Assembly: GCF_036321535.1 (NCBI RefSeq)
Contig: NC_087436.1
Location: forward strand, 111,850,001-111,914,000
DNA: 64,000 bases
DNA from: Camelus dromedarius
Lineage: Eukaryota
Reading direction: 5' to 3'
The notes beneath the pieces are model-generated. The model had not been told where the DNA came from. It searched no databases and saw only the letters and a list, made by a program, of their open reading frames with translations. Below, piece after piece: positions 13,421 to 25,912 of this stretch. Every line of letters starts with the position of its first letter. Position 1 is the first letter of the stretch. The position numbers were made by a program, and so were the translations under genes.

Positions 13421-13610
13421 TAAAATAGATAAACAACAAAGATTTACTGTATAGCACAGGGAACAATATTCAGTATCTTGTAACACCCTGCAATGGAAAA
13501 GAATCTGGAAAAGTATATATATGTATACGTAATATATAACTGAATCACTATATTGTACCCCTGAAACTACCACAACATTGTAAATCAACTATACTTCAAT
13601 TTAAAAAAAA
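13421..13610 (+). mobile_element. L1 3'UTR fragment
   Basis: 'aaaatagataaacaacaaagatttactgtatagcacagggaac...atacttcaatttaaaaaaaa'. Confidence 0.85.
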
Positions 13611-13627
13611 CAAACAGTGTAATAGAA

Positions 13628-13750
13628 GAGGAGGGTATAGCTCTGTGGTAAAGCCCATGCCTAGCATGCATGAGGTCCTGGGTTCAATTTCTAGTACCGC
13701 TATTAAATAAATAAACCTAATTACCTCCCCCCATTAAAAAAATAAAAATA
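13628..13750 (+). mobile_element. Vic-1-type SINE (long form)
   Basis: 'gagggtatagctctgtggta...gtcctgggttcaattt', 'aaacctaattacctccccc', A tail. Imperfect TSD aaacagtgtaa/aaacagtataa. Confidence 0.88.
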
Positions 13751-14635
13751 AACAGTATAACACAGAAAAGAATATATAACCTTTAAAAAAGTTCTATAAT
13801 AATCTTTATTATAATTATAATTGAAAAACTACTATACAACTTAAAAAAAAAGATTGATCCTTCAGCCTTAATTAAATATAATAGAATGCAAGATCTGTCT
13901 TTGAGATTTCTGTCTACATTTTCAGCTGATCTGTCACTGGATTCCTTGTTTGCAAGTCTTGACTAGTGCTGGTGCAGCTCTCAAGGAAAGGGACCTGGCG
14001 TTTCAGTAGAAGAAACGAGTCACTAGGAGTGTGGTACGACAGCCCCAGCAGGACGTGACCCAGACAGTCATGCTCACTGCACGCGAAGACATCCAGGGAT
14101 GAGACGGAGTTACTCTGTACTCCCAACGCCCTCATTCAGCAGTTCGCACTGTGATTCCCGTTACAGGCTCACAGACTCTTGTAAGCTCCTTGACGGCATT
14201 CATTTTGTGTCCCTCTCGATACTTACTGCTCCACTCTAACCATCGCGGGCATTCACCTACAGCCCAGACCATTGAACTGACTCATCTATCACCAACAAAG
14301 GCAGCCTAAATGTTTTTCTTTTTTTCAATCAATGGGACCAAAAAATTGCATAGAATGTAAAATATTATTTTCATACCATTTCTATTATTTTATGCCAGCA
14401 ACTATATGTGAATAATCTTGTCTCCTCTGCCTCCTCTGGGTTTTTTGTTTTGTTTTGTTTTGGTTTTGGTTTTTTGTTATTTGTTTTTTGTTGTTGCTGT
14501 TTGGTTGGATTTTTTGTGTTTTTTTGCTTAGATAATTCTTCAGGCATTTGAAGTTTCTAACTGCAAAATGCTGATTTTTTTTCCTCTATGGCTTTGTGCG
14601 TGCCATTCTCTCAGGCTTGAGTCTTACTTATGCAA

Positions 14636-17133
14636 TTTTCAACTTTCATTTGATGACAGAGCACTGCTGTGCACGCCCAGCTTCATGGCTTGGTGAGTTA
14701 GATTAACACCCAGTTGACAATTGGCAGCCCTGATCACATGGTAACTTGGTGGCCATGATTCAGTCCCTACTGTGGCCCAGGAGCAGGCCAAGAGCTGTTC
14801 CTCAGGAGAGTCGTTACCCACCGAGAATGGCAGGATTTTGCTCCCTAATCCTAAGGTCTAGTGCTGCAGTTCCCCTGTAAAGCTCGTCAAAGACTCCAAA
14901 CAACATCACTCTCTGGAACTGATGCTTCCAGCACCATTGGATCTGCTGAATCATATGGTCCAAGGGGAAGAGCAGCTTGTTGGATCCATTGTAGAGCCTT
15001 CTTTTGTTCTCGGTCTCACTCAGGACTAGCAATTTTTTGAGTCCCTTGGTACATGGACCAGAATAACACACCCCAAATGAGGAATACGCTGCCTCTAAAA
15101 TTCAAGACCCCACCAGGCACTGTCTCTTTTTGATCATAGCAGATGCAACAATTTAGTCTTCTCTTCAGAAGGGATCTCCTAGAAATCTCACTGAGATAGA
15201 AGACCCCTAAATGTAAGTTGTGTTTATATCTCATCATCTTACATGCAGATATCTTAACAATAAGTCCAGAGTAGTTGCTACACCTTGTTCACTGGAATCA
15301 ATCATCATAATGTCACCAGTGTAATGGACCAGTGTAATACCTCAGAGTAGGGAAAGATGATGGATCGCCCTGTGAACTGAATTACGACACAGGGTTGGAG
15401 AGTTGATATCTCCTAAGTTAGGACAGTGAAGGTGCATTGCTGACCTTGCCAGCTGGAAGCAAACTGATTCTGGTGGTCTTTATTGACTGGTACAGAGAAA
15501 AAAGCATTTGCCAGATCAATAGTGCAAACCAGGTACTAGGGGATGTGTTCATTTGCTCAAGCGATGAAACTATAGCTGGTACAGCAGCTGCAATTGGAGT
15601 CACCACCCGATTAATTTTACAATAACCCACTACTATTCTCCAAGATCCATCTCTCTTCTGCACAGGCCAACAAGCAAGTCAAATGGTAATGTGGTGGGAA
15701 TCACCATCCCTGCATCTTTCTAGACCTTGATGGTGGCACTAATCTCTGCCATCCCTCCAAGAACCCAGTATTTCCTTTGTTTTTACTAGTTTCCTAGGTA
15801 AAGACTATTTTAGTGACTTCCACTTGGTCTTTCCCATCACAATAGCCCTCTGATCACAGGTCAGGGAAACAATGTGGGAATTTTGCTGGTACCTAAGTCT
15901 ATTCCAATTATGCATTCCAGAACTGAGGAAATAACCACAGTATGGGTCCAGCGACCCACTGGCTCCACTATGAGATGGACCTGAGCGAAAATTTCATTGG
16001 TCATTTGACTGCGATAAGACTCTACTCAACAGGTGAACCCAAGTGATGTTTTGAGTTCCTTGAAATCAGTAATCCCTGAAAGCTCTGATTATTTCCTGTT
16101 CCTCAGTGCAGAGTCACCACGAAAAGAAAAGATCTTTTTGGGGAAGGCTGGGAGAAAGATCAACAATATCAATTTTAGCAGAGTCGTGGGATCCTTCCTT
16201 AAAGAGACCCAGCCTCCTCTTCATTCCAGGGGCCTGAGTTTGTAAACTGCTCAAGTCTTGGAACTGATAAAGGGGCCATGACACTCTGTTTTTATGATTC
16301 AAGTTAGACTTTTGTTCACTTAACTTAGAACACTTCTGTTTATTCAGGTCAAGTACGAACTTAGTAGGTTTCCTTTCTATTTCACTTCCAGGAATGCCAA
16401 TGCTGTAAGTCTATGTGAGTTAAACTATATTCTGATTGCTGCTTTGACTCCTCTGCCATTATGGTACCGAGACCCACCTCGCCTTTGGCATTTGAATGCT
16501 TCTGTTTGGCCCTTAACTGGGGTCCAGTTACTCCCACTGCACTTAGGTTTCCCAACTCAGCGACCACAGTTCCCATTGTGAGATCTTGGCCTACATAGAA
16601 GAGTGATCACAGAGCTCTTTAAGGGTGGTAGGATCCCCTTACAAATTTACTTCTCACAGTAATTGTGAAAAATGTCTCTCTTGCACCCTCCCCATGTGAA
16701 TGAGTAAGGCTTGAAATGACAAATCTACTCTAATGTGCTAATCTCCCTAAGCCTTTGAATCCCTTCAGCTACATTACACCAAGAAAGGTGCAGCATTTCT
16801 AATTTTCATGCTCATGTTGCAACCAACCAACCAAACTCTTGGAGTCCTTCCTAAGTAACTCCCTGAGCTGCAGTGCTAAGTGTAGAATCTCTGCTTAGTG
16901 AGCACCCATCACCCCACCCGCCACTCTCTGTTTGTAGCCCTGGATCTAGACTCAAGGCCCAGCAGGCCCCTAAAGGTGAGGCACAAAGTGTGACCCACAA
17001 GGAGGTGCATTAAACTGCAAAAGAACTACTCAAGTCTTTTAACTTACCTGTGGGATAAGGATGGGTATGGATAGAAGGATGTTGGATAATAATGGAAAGA
17101 TCAGAAAGTTAGATCAGGCTGAACTTATTGATG
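14636..17133 (-). mobile_element. Decayed ERVL internal region (gag-pro-pol remnants); 16911-17133 inverted
   Basis: ORF 15418-15663 gives [28 protein letters not shown], matching the ERVL RT motif ([28 protein letters not shown]). The catalytic YIDD reads ITLVHYTGDIM, with YTGD at 15312-15323. Frameshifts and stops throughout. Confidence 0.9.
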
Positions 17134-17320
17134 TTAGGCTTTCAACTGATTAGATGAGGCCCACCTATGTTGAGGAGGGCAATCTGCTTTTCTCACTCTA
17201 CCAATTCAAATGTTCATCTCATCCAGAAATAGCCTTACAGACACACCCAGAATGATGTTTGACCAAATATCTAGGCACTCCCTGGCCCAGCTAAGTTGAC
17301 ATGTGAAGTTAACCACCCTG
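17134..17320 (-). mobile_element. MLT2 5' LTR remnant of the ERVL provirus
   Basis: 'ggagggcaatctgcttt', 'cacagacacacccagaatgatgtttgaccaaatatct', 'aagttgacatgtgaagttaacca'. Confidence 0.85.
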
Positions 17321-18144
17321 ATCCCTAATGCTTGACTAGTACTTAAAGAACTGTGATGCCAAAAAAATATTTGTTCAGTTGAGCTGAGCATTCAGGTCAT
17401 TGTGGATATAAAATTTCGACTCATTTTGAAATTAGGCTGCAACTGATAACACATCTCACAACATGTTGCATGTTTTGAAAAATTTACTACATATCAGTCA
17501 GTCATCAGGCATCAATCATTGCATCTGGACCTAGTTTGTCATTAAGTGCTAAGTACGAGATACCATGTGGGTGGTAGTTTCTATGCAGAGGGCTCAGGGC
17601 CTCTTAGTCCAGTTAATGAGTCAAAGAAAAAGTTGAAATAAAGATTGGGGAGTTGAGGAAGGTCCTCTCAGGGAATGATATTTACATCCAGACCTGAAGG
17701 ATGCTTGCCGGATAACCATTGTTCTGTTTTTTCATAAACGTGAAAAATTAGAAGAGAGTCAGGGATTTGTCAGCCACCTACCTGTACATCCAGGCAGTGG
17801 ATGGTCCTCTACCAGCATCCAGTTGGGGCATGGCAGCTAGGGGGCTGACATGGGCATGACCTGCTTGGTCCTTCTGCAGAGTGTACACAATGGAGAAAAT
17901 CAAGTGCGTTTCACATTTTTCTTCATACTTTGAAGTACTCTGTGAATTTCCTTCACAAGGATATATCATGTTTACCAACATAAAAACTAAGAAGTAGAAA
18001 CTGCTGGTGGGACTGCCTCCACCTAACTCATTTATGCAGCAATTTAGTAACATGCAACTAAAGGTTTATACAGTATACACCCTTTGCCTTAAAACGATTT
18101 TATTTTTAGAATTTTGTTGTAAATAAGTGTGGGTGTAGAAGAAC

Positions 18145-18310
18145 CTCTGAGATCACCACACCCACAAAACAGTGATAAATGTGTTAATTAACTTGATGTG
18201 GGAGTCTTTTCACAAGGTATACACATATCAAGTCCTCACATTGTACACTTTTGAGAGGTACTAGTTTTCTTGGTCAATTACACCTCAATAAAGCTGGGGT
18301 GGGGGGGAGA
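18145..18310 (+). mobile_element. L1MA-type 3' end
   Basis: 'tgttaattaacttgat...tatcaagtcctcacattgtacac...gtcaattacacctcaataaagctgg'. Confidence 0.75.
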
Positions 18311-19261
18311 ATATTTATGGAAAGATTGTTGCATTAGAGAAAAATGAGAAATAATGCTAATACCAACTCTAGGGAGCCAGTGAGATCATTTAAGGACCAT
18401 TCATGTAAGGAAATCCTCCATGGCCCTTAAAAACGATATGTGGGGAACTAGGTAATGACCATTCACTTGGGAAACAAAGCAGATAAAAGCAAGAAGTGGG
18501 CTGATAAAAGCAGAGGTAAATGGTAAGTCCCTGGCAAGCAGAAGAGACACTAAGTGCCATTTTCAGGAGCAGGGTAGCCTCCCCGAGCTACCTCAGCTAT
18601 TAACTACTTCAAAGGCGATGGCAAATGACAGGGGGAGACCTGGCCGGTTCTGGAAAATGTACCATTATGTACAGTTATTTTCCGAAATAAATTGTTTGAT
18701 CTTGGATTAGGGTAGGGCCTTTGTGAAAGAAAAGTACACTCACGCTTCAGATGTCAGTCCCAATAATAGAGGAACTCAGGAGTCAATTCCGAGCAAATTC
18801 AGCCATCAGGGGTGCCTTTGTTCGAGAATGATTCTCTAGGCCCAAGTTTGCAGGTAGAAGTTTGTCCTTGGCAGGCTTTGGGGGACGGGGCAGCTGTCTT
18901 TCCTTCAGACTTCAGGGTGTCTGTCGGAGTCCTGGTGTCGGCAGCCAACTTGCAAGTCACTCTCTGAAGCCCGAGAGAGGGAAAGGGAGGCAGGGGGTCC
19001 ATGGCTGAGACCTGGAGGAGTAAAGGGAGTTCTGGAGGACTGGGGCGGGGATGGAGGCATGCAGTGGGGGGCAGGGAGGCAGCACTAAAAGCAAGGTCTG
19101 GGAAAATAGAGGACAAACTTGAGATCATGGATAGCAATTCTTAGTGTGTTAGAAAAGAGTTTGTGTAACAGAGATTTCGCTAGTGCAGACTCATTAGTGC
19201 ATTTGTGAAATATTCGCCACCCAATTTATTTGTGCAAGCGCAGTTAAGAGGTGTGGCACAG

Positions 19262-19277
19262 AGTGCGTGCGTGCGTG

Positions 19278-19308
<31 letters not shown>

Positions 19309-19323
19309 GTGTGTATGTATGTG
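19262..19323. repeat. (TG)n compound microsatellite
   Basis: Directly visible. Confidence 0.95.
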
Positions 19324-19682
19324 AGACTTGGGAGGAGGGTGTCAAGTAAAACATAAAACCTGCCTTCTTAAATGGTGGGTGGATGGATCTTATCCATCAT
19401 TTAAGGAGGAGGACCATATTCTGTGTACGGTGCCTCCTTCATGCCTGGAGATAAAGGTACCTCCCTCAGCAGGTGGTGTGAAAGCTATCATGTTATGTAA
19501 AGCACCCGGCTTTACATTGCCTGGCAGTTATTAGGCAATTGGTAAATGATGCTATTGTGGTTATTACGACCCTTATTAAAACAAGAAGACCCACGCAGGA
19601 TGTCCTTTCCTCCCCTCCCAATTCATCGTGTTTAGCTAAGCTAGCCTCTTTGTGGTTGGATGTGGGGGGCTGGCCGCCCTTC

Positions 19683-20106
19683 TCTGTTAGGTCCTGAGGG
19701 CTGCTGTAACCAAGTGCCACAAACTGGGTTGTTTAAACTACAGAAATGTGTTTTCCTGCAGTTCTAGAAGCTCCAAGTCTGAGATCAAGGTATCAGCAGA
19801 GCCATGTTCCCTCTGAAGGCTTCAGCAAAGAATCCTTTCTTGGCCCTTTCCAGCTTCTGGCATTTTCTGCATCCTCAGTGTTCCTGGTATGTAACAGCAC
19901 CACTTCGGTTTCTGTGTGTATGCGTGTGTGTGTGTGTGTCTCTCCTTCGAAGTACACCAGGCATTGGATTTAGGCTCACTCTAATTCAGTAAGACCTCAT
20001 TTTAACTTGACTACATCCATCTATCTACAAATAAGGTCATATTCACTGCTACTCAGAGTTAGGACTTGAACATATATTTTGGGGGGACCTAGTTCAAGCC
20101 ACCACA
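19683..20106 (-). mobile_element. MLT1 (B/C-like) MaLR LTR
   Basis: 'ggctgctgtaaccaagtgccacaaactggg...cagttctagaagctccaagtctgagatcaagg...gttcaagccaccaca'. Confidence 0.85.
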
Positions 20107-20119
20107 CCCACCTTCTGGT

Positions 20120-20551
20120 AATAGGACCCTGCGATTTCAAGTGAACCTGTGACCCAAGACTGGCTACCCTGTTGGCCATATTGATTGGTTTGGATGTGGA
20201 CATTTATGTCCAAACCAGGCAGTGAGATTCAATGCCAGCATTTTTCTTTTTTGGAACTTCTGCAGAGGAAATCTCTCTTGCTGCTGGACTAAGTTGGGCA
20301 GATATAAGCCCAGCTTCTGACTGTGGTCACCCATGGACAAGCCTGTCTGTGAATGAGGCAAGCCTACAAGAAGCAGCGACAGGGTCCAGGTCCTGATGAC
20401 GTAATTTAGGCCCCTGGATCCTACTGTACCTGAATTGAGATACTCCTGATGTTTCCAATGACATAAACCAATATATCCACTTCTTTTCTTTTTTGATTCT
20501 GACATTTGGAGTTTTTTTTTTCACTTGCAAAAAAGGGTCCCAAATGATACA
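20120..20551 (+). mobile_element. Old MLT1 (J/K-like) LTR
   Basis: 'ccctggatcctactgtacctgaa', ending 'tcacttgcaaaaaagggtcccaaatgataca'. Confidence 0.7.
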
Positions 20552-20689
20552 TTGTATTCATCTTCACATTTATGTTTTTCTTCTTTCATGATGAAGTGTG
20601 TTACATGTCTATGCCACCATATTCTGGAAAAGGTTTATTCTCTGTTTTCAAGCAGCTCACAACCTAGTGTGCAGATGGACAAAGGCTGT

Positions 20690-20945
20690 CAATGATACTG
20701 GTTGAGAGTATCAACAGAGAAGACCCCAAAGCCTGGGTTCAGCTCCCACCCCACCAATCACCTGGGTAACCCTGGACAGGTTACTCCGCCTCTCTGTGCC
20801 TGTGATTCCTCATCAATAAAATAGGAGTAATAATAGCCTGTATCTTATGAGATTGTTGCAAGGATTAAATGAGTTAATATTTATAAAGTACGTGAAACCA
20901 GGCCTGATGCTTCGTAACAGCTGCGTAAAGGTTAGTTATTAAGTA
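20690..20945 (+). mobile_element. MIR SINE
   Basis: 'cctggacaggttactccgcctctctgtgcc...aggattaaatgagttaatatttataaag'. Confidence 0.8.
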
Positions 20946-21464
20946 GGAAATATTCTTCCTAAATTCCCATAACACTCTTATTTCCACTTTACACATGAAG
21001 GCACTAAAGCTAACTTCAGTGCTTCAATAATTGTGTGAAATCTAGTTCACACAGTGAGGAAGCAACAAAACTGAATCCAGAGTGCAGTATCTCTGATACT
21101 TGGCCACACAGTCTGGCATGAGTCAGAGGTGGCTTACAGAAGTCTGAACAGCAGCTCTGACAACTTTTGGATATTGAACAATCCATGATGACAAAGGGCC
21201 TTACTGGGTAATGGCTCCTGGAAATGGACTTTCTCAAGTTATCAGATTTGCCCATTTTTGTTTGGGCAAGACCTAGCCTAGTGCCTGACTCATAGTAAGT
21301 ACCCAATAAATACTTTAAGAGTGAGTAAATGAATGCCTGAATAATAGCTTTTACACAGCCCTATCTAATAGCTTTTTATCTATATATTATGGATAGACTG
21401 ATCTAGAATTGGGGGATGTAAATTGCTAGGAGAGTGCCTGGAATTTATTCTGTTAAGTTTTTAT

Positions 21465-21930
21465 CCATTTATTTTACAGAAGTATGCCCAGCACCCAAAT
21501 GTGCCAGGCAGCATGTTAAATTCTGAGTGTACGCGGGTGGATAAAACCAATGCATCACCAGCACTCGTGGAATTTACAAATCTCAGAATGCATTCAAGCA
21601 ATATACGAGTAAGTGACAGATACAGGTACGATTACAAATAATGACCAGAGACCTACCAAACAGAACTCAGTGACAGAAAGTGATGGAGCCTGGGTGGGGT
21701 ATTTAGATGTGTAGTTATGGATGGCCGCTCTGAAGAGGTACCATCGTGAGCTGAGACTGAAAGTTCAGGAGGAGCTAGCCAGGCCAGGGGCAAATCGAGG
21801 AGGGTTCTAGAATCTAGAGGGAAGAGTCTGGCGTGTCCAGGGAATGAAGCGGGAGGAGTGTCCTGGGAGGAAATAGGTGCAGATGTGGTTGGAGTGGGTA
21901 GAAGGGAGCCAGCTCACTCAGAGTCCGAGG
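21465..21930 (-). mobile_element. L2 fragment
   Basis: 'atgtgccaggcagcatgttaaattctgag', 'tctgaagaggtaccatcgtgagctgagactgaaag'. Confidence 0.7.
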
Positions 21931-23024
21931 GAGGAGGGTCCTGTGCATGGAGGGCACTCCATGAACACTTGTGGAATGATTAAGTGAATATTGGATGGTC
22001 CATGTTGTGGGGCTGGATTTTGCTGTTGTTACTCAAGAAATGAGGTCTTGTTGGTGGCTGTGGCCTTCTCAGTCATTACAATTAATTATTAGATTTGGTT
22101 TAGTTAAGAGGACATTAGACAATGACAGTAAACACCACAAACAATGAAATCCGAGATGCCTCTAAAATCGCAGGGGGAAGACGGGCTGCCACACTCTCTG
22201 GACAGGCAGCAGTGCCTTCCTCAGCCGCGAACTAACTCTGTTTGTAAAATTTAAATGCCAGAACCACGACCACTCGTACTGATGAGAAGATGGCCTTTAG
22301 GAAATCCACAAAGTCATCAATCATTTTAATTCCAGGTGATAGCCATGAGCAACAAGAGAACTTTTCCAGCCTCTGTTCTGAGTCTTGTTCTGTGTGTTTC
22401 AGAGAGAAGTTACTGAGCAATTGAATGCTAGCTACTTCTTGGACTGAATTCAACTTCCCAAAGCATTGTTCACTTCTTGGGTCTGTCTGGGTCCAATCCA
22501 CCCTCCTTGCATCTGGAAGTCCTCTTGCTCAAACAAAGCACTTACCTTGTCATTTACTGGCTCCCCAGGGCCCATGCAATAAACTACAAATTCCTTAAAA
22601 TGTTACTTAAGGCCTTCGAGAGTTGGGCTTCAACATGGTTTTACAGCTTCTACTTTTGCAAAGTTTCTTGACTTTGCTTGACATCAAGTGTGTTCATTTC
22701 TGCAGTGTCCCCTCTGCTTGGCAAGACCTTCCTCAGAGTCTCATCTTTGTCTCTCTGACAGATCCTTTGAGGATTACACAGCAGTCAACGCCTCTGTGAA
22801 GCCTTCCTTGATTTAACTAGTTTGAATAAATTGCTACTTCCTTGAAGGCTCTTTGTAAATTAGCATTTCATTTAAAAGTTTGAAGATGCTTTCCATATTA
22901 TGCCTGAGATTTTTTCTGCCCTAGCTCTACTAGTAATGCCTACTTTCCATCCTAGCCTGACCTCCACACTTCGCAACGTCATTTTACATTTATTTCTGAG
23001 ACTGGGTAGGCCTTGCTACTTTTT

Positions 23025-23245
23025 CTAATAATAACAGTAACAACTATGAACACCTACCAAATGCCAAGCACCGTTCTAGTCAATTTCCGTGCATTCACTT
23101 ATTTAATTCTCAGATAAACCATAGGATTGCTATTAGCCCCATTTTATAGATTAGAAAACTGAGGCAGGGAGAAGTTACGTGCCCAGGGTCACACAGCTAA
23201 ATGCAGGATTCAAGCCAAATCAGTGAAGTGCCAAAGCTCATCCTC
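23025..23245 (-). mobile_element. MIR SINE
   Basis: 'cccattttatagattagaaaactgaggcagggagaagttac'. Confidence 0.85.
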
Positions 23246-23802
23246 TAAAGGTTTATCCCAGATTGCCTCTGTACTGTGAAGACCTGGCAGTCGGGGATTA
23301 TTTCCGTTCCTGGGGCTACACCGCCAGCACCTGGCACAGTGCTTACGACACAGTAAAGGCTCAATATATTCTCATGAATGGAGTAAGCATATTTTTGCAT
23401 ATCTGTCAATCACGAAAACAGAGAGCATGCCCTATATGTCTTTGTTTATCTTTATCCTCCTGCCTCATCTCAGCTGTATCTTGCACACGTATGTTAGCTA
23501 AATGCTTATTGAATAAAGAGACATAAAGAAAAAATATAAGATACAGAAATAGGCAAGGAAGGGGCAGAGAAGGGCAAGCAGAGTGGTAAGAAAACTAGTT
23601 ATCCGAAGCAAACAAAGCTTGGTGGAAGGGATTGGAGATGCTGCAATTGGATAGATTAAGAAAAGCAACAATGACTTAACTAACACCTAGATGGACCCAG
23701 CGGGTAAATGGAATATCAGAGACACTGGCTGGTGAAGGCCATGGCGTGCTGGAAACCCTGGTGGATGGACAAGAACTAACAGGTCTCACTGTACAATGCC
23801 AT

Positions 23803-23838
23803 GCAGGCAGGGATGGGGCCGCAGGCAGGGATGGGGCC
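23803..23838. repeat. Perfect 18-bp tandem duplication
   Basis: (gcaggcagggatggggcc)x2. Confidence 0.95.
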
Positions 23839-24644
23839 GAGGGTTGCCAGAGCTTAGGATTTTTCAAGAGAGGATGAATATCTAAATTTTATGTGAAATT
23901 CTTTATTTTTTTAAACTGTTGGCAAGTATTTCAAATTAAAGGAAAAATAAACACTCTGTGGGTTAAATCTAGGGTGAATATAGCAAGATGAGGTCCCAAG
24001 CTTAAAGGTCAGGCCAGGTTTTAGGGCATTTTGAGTGTTTGTGAGATTTCTTTGGGGCTTATTCAATACTTACCAGGCAAAATTATATGTAAACTAGCAT
24101 GGCTTGCCCTTTGGGGTAATAGAACTGTTGCATCGGGGTTAGGCTTGTTCACTCCTTTACAGTATAGAAGCTTTGCTTATCGAATTTCCTTATGGTTTCC
24201 CAAAGGAGCTGATTTGCAAGCTTAAAATGAGCACTTCATTTCCTCCACTTCTCAGGCTCAGCCCTGGGCCAGAATATGAGTCATAGCTGGTTCCTCAAGA
24301 AGCAGGGAAGTGGCAAAACCAACAAGGTAACCTGATGGTGCAAAGGATTAGACATCTACCAGTGCAGCTTTGGGAGTACGGGCTGCAAGATTTTAGACAA
24401 TGAGAAGAATGGGAGTAGTTTGGTGGGCTTCAGGGAGAATGGGTAGAAGTGGGGTCAGGGTGACAATGGACGTCTGAAATTGAGCAAGACAAAGAGTAAA
24501 ATGCAGGTGACAAGAAGCACTTCATCCTCTTGTCTTTTCTTCCATTTAATTATGTGCATATGGCTTGGGTACCTACTGTGGACTCAGCACCACGCTGGCC
24601 ACTGGGAACAAAGAACAGAGATGCCCTAAAGATGAGGATTGGCT

Positions 24645-24890
24645 TGAGTATCAAACAGCAAAATGCTTAAGACCCAAGCAGACTGCTGTGAATCTTGTTC
24701 CTATTGTTAATTAGCTGTTTGACCTTGAACAAATTTCTTAGCATCTCAAAGTCCTAGTCTCCATATCTGTGGAATGGGGAGAGTAGTTCCATCAATGACA
24801 CAGGGTTATTGTGAGATTAACAAAGAATACTTGTGTAAGCCACTCAGCACCATGCCTGTCACTTAGTAAGGACTTAATAAACAATAGTAG
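24645..24890 (+). mobile_element. MIR SINE
   Basis: 'tgaccttgaacaaatttcttagcatctc...catatctgtggaatgggg...acagggttattgtgagatta'. Confidence 0.8.
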
Positions 24891-25177
24891 TGATCATATT
24901 TACATATAAATTCTCCAGTAGAAGAATATAGAAGATACAATAAGAAGAATATTGACCCAAAGGAGGAAATTATTTTCTATGTCTTCCTTTTATCTGTTCC
25001 CTTCATAGCACACACTACAATTTGAAATTATGTTCCAAAAGGCTTATTAGTTCTATGCTATCTGCAACTTCCCTCACCCCCACCCCCACTGCAAGGGGCA
25101 GGAAGGCAGAGTCCGTCTGCTATGTTCACCCTGGCCTCCCAATGTTCCCTAGCGCCTAAGCATATGTTAGGTACCTA

Positions 25178-25390
25178 GTAATAATAACACTTTTTGGGCA
25201 TTCGATGTGTAGGTTCTAATACATTCTAGTTCATACTCTCATCTAATCCATTGCAGCCATCTTGAGGATTGTTACTCGTATTCTCCCAGTTTAAAACTGA
25301 GGTGACTGAGGCACACAGACATCAAGTCACTTGCTCAAGTTCAGGACTGAAATGTGCTCTGGTTGCTGTTAGAGCCGGTGCCCACATCCA
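25178..25390 (-). mobile_element. MIR SINE
   Basis: 'gactgaggcacacagacatcaagtcacttgctcaag'. Confidence 0.7.
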
Positions 25391-25584
25391 CCGTGAATGG
25401 AGTATCTGTGGAATTGATGTATTAATGAATCTGTAATGGAAAAAGTTTCACAGTGGAGGGGGCAATTTAATTGGCTAGGAGGATGAGTAGGAGTTTGCAG
25501 GTAAATAGGGGACAGAAGTACAAAGGTGTGCATGCATGAAATGAGGTGATAACTTCAGGAAGCTCAAGTATAGCAAATAAACAA

Positions 25585-25585
<1 letters not shown>

Positions 25586-25618
<33 letters not shown>
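25586..25618. repeat. (TG)n microsatellite
   Basis: Directly visible. Confidence 0.95.
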
Positions 25619-25621
<3 letters not shown>

Positions 25622-25804
25622 ATAGAGACAGAGATAGAAAGAAATAGAGAGAACAGGTCTTAATGAGCTTGGACTTTTCCTACTGGTAGCAGGGAGGGCA
25701 CTAAAGAGAAAACATGGGACGTGATCAGTTCCTTTTCTATAATCAACATTTTGATTATAATAAGGATGAATCACAGTTAGAAGAAAAGGAATGAAGAAAT
25801 TCCT

Positions 25805-25912
25805 TATGAAAAGGAATATGTGCATGTACATGTATGACTGAAACACTATGCTGTACACCAGAAACTGACACAACATTATAAATTGACTATACTTCAATAA
25901 ATAAAAAAAAAA
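25805..25912 (+). mobile_element. Short L1 3' end
   Basis: 'gctgtacaccagaaactgacacaacattataaattgactatacttcaataaataaaaaa'. Confidence 0.85.

Noticed and set aside
8362..17320. Pairing the MLT2 at 8362 as the 3' LTR of the ERVL at 14636-17320
   Set aside because: About 6 kb of unrelated, partly older repeats intervene, the two LTRs look like different subfamilies, and no shared TSD was seen.
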